From an uncultured bacterium (lineage in GTDB: Bacteria; Abyssobacteria; SURF-5): DNA of 20,066 bases. Below the pieces are notes generated by a model. It was not told the DNA's origin, ran no database searches, and was given only the letters and a program-made list of their open reading frames with translations. The stretch's first letter is position 1. Every line of letters begins with the position of its first letter. The stretch lies in the NCBI GenBank assembly GCA_964510165.1, contig CAZEBC010000045.1:1-20066 (forward strand). Reading direction: 5' to 3'. Below are positions 8,819 to 16,125 of this stretch, piece by piece. A program made the position numbers and the translations under genes.

Positions 8819-9310
8819 TTAACCCTCCTCCTTATCGAGTTCACGTATCTTCCGCAGGATGCCCAGCGGCGAACTCGAATCCGCCATCTCCAATATCTTC
8901 TCCATGCGGTCCTGCTTGATCTTCATCTTGTTCATGACGCGGTGTTTGTAGGCGTCGGTGAGAACCTGCAGCAGCTTTTCCAGTTCACAGGGTTTCTGAA
9001 GGTAGAAGTATGCGCCCTTCTTCGTGCACTCGACCGCCGATTCCGTCGAGCCATGCCCCGTGAGAATGACGACCTCCAGCCACTCATGCTCCCGCTTGAG
9101 AGCCTCGAGGGTCTGCTCGCCGTTCATCCCGGGCATCTTCAGATCCACCAGCGCGACGTCGATGGGATTCTGACGCGCAGTCTCGATGGCCTTGTCACCA
9201 CGGTTTACCGTGATGACGTTGAAGTCTCTGATCACAAGCCGTTTCTTGATGGATTCAAGAAACCGCTCCTCATCGTCTACGATCAGAAGGTTTATCTTTT
9301 CCTTTGCCAT
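8819..9310 (-). CDS. Response regulator (REC plus a ~40-aa C-terminal helical tail, no recognisable DNA-binding domain)
   Basis: LLIVDDE, ALVDLKMPGMNG, ILTGHG and YLQKP motifs; GAGGAGG RBS at about 9320-9326. Confidence 0.94.
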   Translation of the reverse strand: MAKEKINLLIVDDEERFLESIKKRLVIRDFNVITVNRGDKAIETARQNPIDVALVDLKMPGMNGEQTLEALKREHEWLEVVILTGHGSTESAVECTKKGAYFYLQKPCELEKLLQVLTDAYKHRVMNKMKIKQDRMEKILEMADSSSPLGILRKIRELDKEEG

Positions 9311-9325
9311 TGTCTTGTATCCTCC

Positions 9326-11389
9326 TCAGAAGCCTATCCAACGCCAATACCCGAAGAAAACCCACGCCCACAACACAAGGAACGATATCACCAACGCTGC
9401 CGCGCCATGCTTGAGAAAGTCCTGAACCGTCACGAGTTGTTCGCCGGTCTCAGGGTCCCTGGCCATGCTGTACGCAATGGCATTGTTGGGTGTGCCGACA
9501 ATCAACATATACGCGAATGAGGATGAGAATGCAGTTGAGAGCCCCACCATCAAGGGGGGGGTGCCGGAGAGGGTCGCCATCGGAACCGTGATCGGACCGA
9601 TCGCGGCGACCGTCGCGCCGTCGCTCATGAAGTTGGTGATGAACCCGCTGAAAAGACTGGTGGCGATGCAAAGCCCCTCTCCGCTCTTCATGGATTCCGG
9701 AAGCGCGTTGATGAAGCCGTCGGCCATCCACAGCGCGGCGCCCGTCGCCGCCAAGCCCACTCCCATGGCGCTGGCGCTCGCGTACAGCCCTACCACGTCC
9801 CAGTGAATCTGGTTGATGTCGCGCCAGCGCAGGATGCCGAGCAGGTTGAGCAGCACGAGGCACAAGAGCACCGGCCCGCCCATCCCCAGCGTGTCGGATG
9901 CGGTGGTCCACAAGGCTATCAGCAACACCAGAACGGCGGCGGTGCGGTACTCGTTCTTGGTCATCTTTCCGAGCTTTTCAGACTCGCGCCGTACCGCGGC
10001 GGCCACGTTCAGGTCCTTTATCCGCAATTTTCTGCGAAAGACAAGATACAAATACCCGCTGATCGCCATTGCCATGACCGGAACACAGGGAAGTCCGTAC
10101 ATCACCCATTGCCCGAACGTCGGCGCGAGGCCGTAATCGGACAAGATGCCCAGCATCACCGCGTTGCGCCCGCCCGCCGCCGGCGAGCCCGGCCCGCCGG
10201 TGTTCGCGACGAACGTGAGCATAAGGATCATCATTACGGCCAGGCTGCGGTCCTTCGTGATATTGGCCGCCTTGACCGCGCCCGCGTACACGAGCATGAA
10301 TATCGGCGCGATGAACGCCACCAGCGCATGTTCAGACAAAAACCCCGCCGCGACCGCGAGCAGCGGACAGAATATGAACGCCAGCCTCGAAAGCGATGTG
10401 CTCGTCCCGAGCAGCAGGATGCCGATTCGCTTGTCAAGCCCCGTCTTCGCGATTGCGGCCGAGACCGCAAGGACGCCAAAGATAAAAACGACCGAGTCCT
10501 TTGCATACGCGCCTGCAACCTTGTCGGGAGGAAGCACCCCAAAGAAGTACATCAGCATTCCGACAAAGACCGCGGTCATGCCCACGGGCATGGCGCCGGT
10601 CGCCCAAAACAGAGCCGCCACGATCAGGGTTCCGATCATGACTCTCGCCCGAAACGCGGTCTGTCTGGGACTCATCGAAATCTTCCTGGTAGTCCCGTCA
10701 TCCATGACCGCCGTCTTGGTCCAGCCCGCCCTCTCGCTATAGAAATCGGAGATGGTTTGTCCGACCTGCATGTTTCGAAAATCGGCGTACCCCATGATCG
10801 CCTGGTGCGACTCTTCGGTCTTCGGCGTGCTTATGAGCGCCAGAAGCCTGGAGGGCGGCGGCGACGCGATGATTGCCGCAAATATCAGAAACCCAAGCAG
10901 GATGAAGCCCGGCCGCGCGTTGTGCGCACCCATCAGCCACCGCTTGAAACTGCCCCGTTGGACTTGCGGAATCTCGTGGCGCGCCATCGCGTACACCCGC
11001 TCTTGCCTGGCCGCATTGATGACCTGGATCAGTTCTTCAAGCGCACACGGTTTCTGCATGTAATGAAACACGTCGTACTTGCCGGTGACCCGCGCCGATT
11101 CCGTGCTTCCATAGCCGGTCAGCATGATCACCTGCACCTCCGGCCTTATCTTCTTGATCTCCTTCAGCGTTTGGATGCCGTCCATCTTGGGCATTCGCTG
11201 GTCCAGAAGCACGACGTCGGGGCTGCTATGGCGCACAAACTTGATCGCATCCTCGCCATTGTTGACTTCCCAGACCCGATAGTTGCGCACTTCAAGCTGG
11301 CGCTTCATGGCGAGCCTGAATCGGTCTTCGTCATCGACCACGAGAATTCTCGGCCTTCCGTCGGGCTGGCTCGCTGTCTGCTCAGCCAT
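9326..11389 (-). CDS. N-terminal REC domain fused to an SLC13/DASS-family (ion transporter superfamily) anion permease
   Basis: aa 14-130 form a REC domain (ILVVDDE, VLLDQRMP, MLTGYG, YMQKP). The rest has many TM segments with DASS-like motifs: ALFWATGAMP, AIAKTGLDKRI, ANTGGPGSPAAGGRNA, IHWDVVGLY, AYMLIVGTPNNAIAY, DFLKHG. Confidence 0.92.
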   Translation of the reverse strand: MAEQTASQPDGRPRILVVDDEDRFRLAMKRQLEVRNYRVWEVNNGEDAIKFVRHSSPDVVLLDQRMPKMDGIQTLKEIKKIRPEVQVIMLTGYGSTESARVTGKYDVFHYMQKPCALEELIQVINAARQERVYAMARHEIPQVQRGSFKRWLMGAHNARPGFILLGFLIFAAIIASPPPSRLLALISTPKTEESHQAIMGYADFRNMQVGQTISDFYSERAGWTKTAVMDDGTTRKISMSPRQTAFRARVMIGTLIVAALFWATGAMPVGMTAVFVGMLMYFFGVLPPDKVAGAYAKDSVVFIFGVLAVSAAIAKTGLDKRIGILLLGTSTSLSRLAFIFCPLLAVAAGFLSEHALVAFIAPIFMLVYAGAVKAANITKDRSLAVMMILMLTFVANTGGPGSPAAGGRNAVMLGILSDYGLAPTFGQWVMYGLPCVPVMAMAISGYLYLVFRRKLRIKDLNVAAAVRRESEKLGKMTKNEYRTAAVLVLLIALWTTASDTLGMGGPVLLCLVLLNLLGILRWRDINQIHWDVVGLYASASAMGVGLAATGAALWMADGFINALPESMKSGEGLCIATSLFSGFITNFMSDGATVAAIGPITVPMATLSGTPPLMVGLSTAFSSSFAYMLIVGTPNNAIAYSMARDPETGEQLVTVQDFLKHGAAALVISFLVLWAWVFFGYWRWIGF

Positions 11390-13136
11390 CTGAACTTTCC
11401 TCCGCCTTCTGTATTGGAAGAACCACGGTAAAGGAACTGCCCGCGCCCGGCATGCTTTGGACTTCGATTCGGCCTCCCATGGACTGTACGATGCTCAGGC
11501 TGATGCTCAACCCAAGGCCGGTGCCTTTACCGACTTCCTTGGTGGTGTAGAACGGGTCGAATATCCTCTCCATCTGCTCGGAGGTCATTCCTTTACCCGT
11601 GTCGGCAATGCTCACCTTGATGAATCCGTTATCGCTGCGCGTGCTTATTGTCAGCCTGCCTCCGGTTCCCTCCATCGCATCGCCCGCATTGTTGACGATA
11701 TTCAGAAACACCTGCCGCATCTGGTCCGGGTCCAGCATTATGTCGGGCAAATTCGCGTCGTAGTTCCTGACCAGAGTGACCCCCGATACCTCCAGCTCCT
11801 TCTCCTTCAACCCCCCGACCACGTCATCCAGCAGATGGTTCAAGTTCGTTCTCACCAGGCGAGGCTCGTTCTTGCGCACGAAATCGAGCAGCTTCTCCGT
11901 GATGTCGCGAGCGCGGAAAACGGCCTCGTCAATGTAGTCCAGCTCCTGCCGTATCTTCTCCGGCGTGCACGCCAGTCCAAATTGGGGGTCGAGCATGTCC
12001 CTGATGACCCCGGTCTCGGAACTGATGATGGCCAAAGGGTTGTTGATCTCATGCGCAACTCCCCCTGCAAGCTCGCCCGCAGCCACCAACTTTGCCGCAT
12101 GAAACAGCTGCGATTTCAGTTCCTTCCTCGATTCATCCGTCGCCTGCGCGCGCTTCAGCAATCGGTCGGTCGTCAGCCCCGTGATCGTGACCAGCGCGAC
12201 GACAATGATGCCTGTGGCCGCGATTATGACGCCGCGCACCCGATACATGTCGGCGTAAGCGACCTTGACCGGCTGCCTCACCACGAGCACCCACGGAACC
12301 TCTTCCAGCCAGGCGTACGCAAACAGCTCGGCGCTGCCGTCGCTGGCAACCTCATCCGCCCCCGAACCGCTGGTTTCAGGCGGCATGTAAGGGCTCAGCG
12401 CCAAGAGGTCGCCCCGGCCCGGGTCCACAATCTGGTACTTGCCTTCCCGGTTGATGAGGGCCGAATCGGCCACTTTCCCTCTGCCGATTGTACGCAAGAA
12501 CAGGTAGAACTTGTCGGGGTCAAGCGTGGCCCGCATGACGCACGGTTCATCCTCGAATATCTGCCTCACCGCAATCGTGAAATGGGGCTTCTGCCTGAAA
12601 CCCAGATAAATATCGGTGATGTGATAGTTGCGTTCCTGGTTCATCAACGTCTGAAACCATTGCTCATTCCTGTAGTCCTTGCCCTGCAGGTAGGGATACG
12701 GCCCCGCATAACCGATCTGGACCCCAGACGCATTCAGGAAACCAACATCAACAAACGCATCGCTCATCGAGCGCAGATGACGCAGGTACCGCAGCATGTC
12801 CTCCTGGGAAGGCGGCAGCCTGAATCCGGCCCCGTAAAAAAGATTGAAAATGTTGACAACCCGCTCCTGCAGGAACAGGTCGATCGTGTTCCGCTGACTC
12901 TCCGCGAGCGAGGTCAGGTGCAGTTTCCCGCTCTCTCTCAATGTGAAATTGAACTGAAGGTGGAAATACAGCGAGAGGATCAGAAGAGGCACGACAATAG
13001 CCAGGAGCAACCCGAATTTCAGTCGCCGCCTCAGGCGCCGGTAATACTCTTCCATCCCCGGGCGCGACTGGATGCCCGCTTGGGCCGATTCGATGTCTTT
13101 TGGCGGAATACCACGGACCTTCTCATACGTTGCCAT
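11382..13136 (-). CDS. Membrane sensor histidine kinase with Cache-like domain; first gene of the operon
   Basis: H-box GELAGGVAHEINNPL, N-box RQVFLNIVNNAGDA, DTGKGM and PFYTTKEVGKGTGLGL; two TM helices; 8-bp overlap with the transporter gene. Confidence 0.95.
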   Translation of the reverse strand: MATYEKVRGIPPKDIESAQAGIQSRPGMEEYYRRLRRRLKFGLLLAIVVPLLILSLYFHLQFNFTLRESGKLHLTSLAESQRNTIDLFLQERVVNIFNLFYGAGFRLPPSQEDMLRYLRHLRSMSDAFVDVGFLNASGVQIGYAGPYPYLQGKDYRNEQWFQTLMNQERNYHITDIYLGFRQKPHFTIAVRQIFEDEPCVMRATLDPDKFYLFLRTIGRGKVADSALINREGKYQIVDPGRGDLLALSPYMPPETSGSGADEVASDGSAELFAYAWLEEVPWVLVVRQPVKVAYADMYRVRGVIIAATGIIVVALVTITGLTTDRLLKRAQATDESRKELKSQLFHAAKLVAAGELAGGVAHEINNPLAIISSETGVIRDMLDPQFGLACTPEKIRQELDYIDEAVFRARDITEKLLDFVRKNEPRLVRTNLNHLLDDVVGGLKEKELEVSGVTLVRNYDANLPDIMLDPDQMRQVFLNIVNNAGDAMEGTGGRLTISTRSDNGFIKVSIADTGKGMTSEQMERIFDPFYTTKEVGKGTGLGLSISLSIVQSMGGRIEVQSMPGAGSSFTVVLPIQKAEESSDG

Positions 13137-13199
13137 CAGGCACTTCCCCTACTTTCCCCAGAGCACGTGTTCCAACTGCCAGCTTGCGCAATCCGTATG

Positions 13200-13216
13200 T
13201 GCAAATGCTGTGCCGA
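13200..13216 (-). promoter_or_regulatory. Sigma-54 (RpoN) -24/-12 promoter for the kinase/receiver/transporter/dikinase operon
   Basis: The minus strand reads TCGGCACAGCATTTGCA, which has exact GG-N10-GC spacing and matches YTGGCACG-N4-TTGCW closely. It lies about 64 bp upstream of ATG 13136 in the correct orientation. Confidence 0.8.
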
Positions 13217-13308
13217 TGATCTCACGGCGCGCGCCGCACGAGAAAACCTCGGAAAATGGCCGGTTTCAGGGGTTTAGCCATTTGACCGCCTCAGTCATTT
13301 CGACGGAA

Positions 13309-13337
13309 TTCTTTACATGCTGTAAAGAAACCTGACA
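13309..13337. promoter_or_regulatory. Candidate upstream activator sequence (enhancer-binding protein site)
   Basis: Perfect 9-3-9 inverted repeat TTCTTTACA-TGC-TGTAAAGAA (13309-13329), overlapping TGTAAAGAAACCTGACA (TGT-N11-ACA, 13321-13337). It sits about 100 bp upstream of the -24 box. Confidence 0.55.
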
Positions 13338-13343
13338 GCCCGA

Positions 13344-13456
13344 AAGGTTCAAAGTTCAAGGTGCAAAGTCCCCAGTTATCCGGAGCAGGACTTTTGTGCG
13401 TCCTTCAATCCGCGTCGGTTCAACCGCAAGCCGGGAACCATAAACCGTAAACCCTT
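13344..13456. repeat. Two oppositely oriented degenerate heptamer tandem arrays
   Basis: AAGGTTC AAAGTTC AAGGTGC AAAGTCC (13344-13371) and AACCGCA AGCCGGG AACCATA AACCGTA AACCCTT (13422-13456). Confidence 0.6.
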
Positions 13457-13560
13457 CTTCGTTTTTAACCCCAATCTCTTCAATGGTTTCTGTCATTCGA
13501 AATTTTCGTTAACAACTTTTTCGTTGATCAATTCCGCCCCAACCATGGATGATACAGAAA

Positions 13561-13586
13561 GTGGGGGCACCCCCTTGCGGTTGCCC
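13561..13586 (+). repeat. REP-like palindrome (GTGG/GTAG class)
   Basis: GTGG-GGGCACCCCCTTGCGGTTGCCC: a GTGG tetramer followed by an imperfect GGGCA...TGCCC hairpin. Confidence 0.45.
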
Positions 13587-13631
13587 GCGATTGCGCAGGC
13601 GCAGTTCTGATTCAGGAGGCGACGTTCACCC

Positions 13632-15845
13632 ATGCGAGTCTCGGTAGAACAAACAATCAACAGGCTTCGCGAACTTGGGAAAAAGCCCCATCGCTCCAGG
13701 GGCAACGGCTGGCTCGCGCTGTGTCCCGCCCACCACGACACGCGTGCCAGCCTCTCGATCAGCGGCGGGCGCGACGGAACATTGCTGCTCAAATGCTTCG
13801 CGGGATGCCGGTTCGAACATATCCTCGATGCGCTCGGCTTGCGCGGGTGCGCGGGCGGTTCACGAACCGCCCCTGCAATGACGCCGCCCGATTGTGGGGG
13901 CGCGCGGCGCGCGCCCCGCCGCGCGCCTGACGGACACGCACGAAACGGCCTCTCGCGCATCGTGGCCGAGTACGACTACCGCGATGAACGCGGCCGACTG
14001 CTCTACCAGGTGGTCCGGTTCCAGCCGAAGGATTTCCGCTGTCGCAGGCCGTCTCCCTCCGGCGAATGGATTTGGGGCCTGAGCGGCCGCAGGGTGCTCT
14101 ACCGGTTGCCCGAGGCGCTGGAGGCCGTCCGCGCCGGACGCCGTCTCCACATCGTCGAGGGTGAGAAAGACGCCGACGCGCTCGCGCGGCTCGGCCTTGC
14201 AGCCACCACGAACCTGCATGGGGCGGGGAAGTGGCGCGATGAATATTCGCTCTCGCTCAGGGGCGTGCGCGCGGTCATCATTCCCGACAACGACGAGCCG
14301 GGCCGCGCCCACGCAAGGCGGGTGGCCCGAAGCCTCGCGCCGTTGGCCGCCGAGGTCAAGCTGCTGGAGCTGCCCGGGCTCGGCCCCAAGCAGGACGTAT
14401 CGGACTGGCTCGCGCGCGGCGGCACAGCGGCCGAGCTTGAGAGGCTCGCCGATGAACCGTCCAACCCTTCGGACTCCGCAGGGGCACGGCGCGCCGTGCC
14501 CCTGCAATCCTCCAACCTGAACGACCTCTATCACGCACGGCGAATTGCGCAACGCTTCGGCCAGAGCATCCGCCATTGCGAACGGCTCGGTGGGTTCTTC
14601 GTGTATGACGGCGTTCGCTGGACGCGCGACGAGACCGCTCAGGTGTGGCGCTGGGCCGTCGAGACCGCCGAAGACATCCAGCGCGAGGCGCGCGGGTTTG
14701 GTCGTGAAGACGAGCGCAGACGCCTGCTCGATTGGGCCGCCCGCGCCGAGCGCCGCGCCAACGTCGAGAGCGCGCTCACGCAGCTCGCCGCGCTGGAGGG
14801 AATCGCCCTCACGCACGATGCGTTCGATCGCGACCCCTGGCTGCTCAACTGCGCCAACGGAACCCTCGACTTGCGCTCGGGCGAGCTTCGGCCTCACCGG
14901 CGCGAGGACATGCTCACGAAGATGACCGCGGTCCGCTTCGAGCCGAAGGCGCCATGTCCGCAGTGGCAGGCGTTCCTCACGCGAATCATGAGCGGCAACG
15001 TGGAACTGCTGGCGTTCCTCCAGCGGGCGGTCGGCTACGCGCTCACCGGTTCGGTCAGGGAGCAGAAGCTCCTCTTTCTGCACGGAACGGGCGCAAACGG
15101 CAAGAGCACATTTCTGAGCGCACTTTTGCACGTGTGGGGCGACTACGGGAGGCGCATCGCGCCCGACCTGCTGTTTTTCGACCGCGACGACACGCATCCG
15201 ACCGCGCTGGCCGACCTGTGCGGCGTGCGCCTCGCGGTCACGACCGAAGTCGAGCAGGGCAAGCGCCTCGCCGAAGTGCTCGTCAAGGAACTCAGCGGGG
15301 GCGACCGCCTGCTCGCGCGCCGGATGCGGCAGGACTACTTCGAGTTCGAGCCGACCCACAAGCTGTTCATGGCGGGCAACCATCTGCCGGTCATCCGCGG
15401 GACCGACCACGCCGTGTGGCGTCGCATCGCGCTCGTGCCGTTCACGGTGACCGTGCCCGAGGGCGAGCAGATAAAAGACCTCGCCGACAAGCTGCGAGCG
15501 GAGGCGCCTGGCATCTTCAGATGGTGCGTGCGCGGATGCCTCGACTGGCAGGCGTTCGGCCTGAGCGAGCCTGCCGAGGTGCGCGCGGCGACGGGACAGT
15601 ACCGCTCCGACATGGACATCCTCGGCGATTTCCTGGCCGAACGCTGCGTCGTCCTGCCCGGGGCCGAGGTCACGAGCGCGGAGTTGAACCAGGCCTATCG
15701 CGCCTGGTGCGAGAAGACGGGCGAGCGCGCGATGAGCGCCCGCTCGCTCGGCCTGCGCCTGAAGGAGCGTGGGTTTACGCAGAAGCACAGCGGCGAGTCG
15801 AGAGCGCGGACGTGGATGGGCATCGGCCTCGGAAGCGAAGGGTGA
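13632..15845 (+). CDS. Phage/plasmid/satellite-type primase-helicase (Zn-binding domain - TOPRIM - D5_N - SF3 helicase - C-terminal winged helix; P4 alpha/D5-like)
   Basis: Zn motif CPAHHD...LLKCFAGC; TOPRIM motifs IVEGEKDA and IIPDNDEPG; D5_N-like LLNCANGTLDLRSGELRPH; Walker A GTGANGKST; SF3 motifs KELSGGD...ARRM, AGNHLP and AVWRR; tail YRAWC..TGER. AGGAGG at 13614-13619. Confidence 0.93.
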   Translation: MRVSVEQTINRLRELGKKPHRSRGNGWLALCPAHHDTRASLSISGGRDGTLLLKCFAGCRFEHILDALGLRGCAGGSRTAPAMTPPDCGGARRAPRRAPDGHARNGLSRIVAEYDYRDERGRLLYQVVRFQPKDFRCRRPSPSGEWIWGLSGRRVLYRLPEALEAVRAGRRLHIVEGEKDADALARLGLAATTNLHGAGKWRDEYSLSLRGVRAVIIPDNDEPGRAHARRVARSLAPLAAEVKLLELPGLGPKQDVSDWLARGGTAAELERLADEPSNPSDSAGARRAVPLQSSNLNDLYHARRIAQRFGQSIRHCERLGGFFVYDGVRWTRDETAQVWRWAVETAEDIQREARGFGREDERRRLLDWAARAERRANVESALTQLAALEGIALTHDAFDRDPWLLNCANGTLDLRSGELRPHRREDMLTKMTAVRFEPKAPCPQWQAFLTRIMSGNVELLAFLQRAVGYALTGSVREQKLLFLHGTGANGKSTFLSALLHVWGDYGRRIAPDLLFFDRDDTHPTALADLCGVRLAVTTEVEQGKRLAEVLVKELSGGDRLLARRMRQDYFEFEPTHKLFMAGNHLPVIRGTDHAVWRRIALVPFTVTVPEGEQIKDLADKLRAEAPGIFRWCVRGCLDWQAFGLSEPAEVRAATGQYRSDMDILGDFLAERCVVLPGAEVTSAELNQAYRAWCEKTGERAMSARSLGLRLKERGFTQKHSGESRARTWMGIGLGSEG
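13849..13917. repeat. Two REP-like GC palindromes inside the primase Zn-TOPRIM linker
   Basis: GGGCGGTTC-AC-GAACCGCCC-CTGC (13853-13876) and GTG-GGGGCGCGCG-G-CGCGCGCCCC (13894-13917). Confidence 0.65.
14478..14505. repeat. Perfect 28-bp REP-like palindrome inside the primase TOPRIM-helicase linker
   Basis: GCAGGGGCACGGCGCGCCGTGCCCCTGC is its own reverse complement. Confidence 0.8.
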
Positions 15846-15943
15846 ACACTTAGAACGCTTGAACGCATATTTCCTGTATCATCCCCGGAAACGAGATTTC
15901 CGGGACTTGATGGGAAAACGCGATTTAAGCGTTCGATCCGTTC
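15844..15943. repeat. ~100-bp imperfect palindrome with GAACRC iteron-like repeats; candidate replication origin
   Basis: GAACAC/GAACGC/GAACGC direct repeats (15844-15866) mirrored by AAGCGTTC and CCGTTC (15927-15943). The central hairpin is CCCGGAAA-cgaga-TTTCCGGG (15884-15904). All arms share a centre at about 15894. Confidence 0.65.
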
Positions 15944-16006
15944 GGGACGGATGAAAAGGCGGGCAATCGGCCCGGGCGCAGTGTGTTCGGCGCTGTGGTT
16001 GGGATC

Positions 16007-16125
16007 GATTTCGGAATGCGGATTCCTCGGACACGCAACACGAAACACGCAACGCGGATTGAATGATGAATGATAAGAGCATCACTCATCATTGCTTGCA
16101 CCCACTCCACTCACTCCAGTCACTT
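16007..16125. repeat. Cluster of short 7-mer and 9-mer tandem repeats plus an AT-rich hairpin in the convergent intergenic gap
   Basis: GATTTCG GAATGCG GATTCCT (16007-16027); ACACGCA ACACGAA ACACGCA ACGCGGA (16031-16058); hairpin AATGATGAATGAT-aagagc-ATCACTCATCATT (16062-16093); CACCCACTC CACTCACTC CAGTCACTT (16099-16125). Confidence 0.6.

Noticed and set aside
9803-13277. Long plus-strand ORFs 9803-11431 (542 aa) and 11457-13277 (606 aa)
   Set aside because: They are mirror-frame shadows of the transporter and kinase genes, which is typical of GC-rich DNA; the composition is not protein-like.
13493-15853. ORFs 13493-13960 (-), 13860-15788 (-) and 14732-15853 (+) overlapping the primase
   Set aside because: They are low-complexity Arg/Ala/Pro-rich alternative frames of a well-supported gene, with no domain motifs.
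15844-16125. Possible CRISPR array in the repeat-rich gap
   Set aside because: The units are 6-9 bp with no 25-45 bp repeat/spacer alternation, and there are no cas genes.
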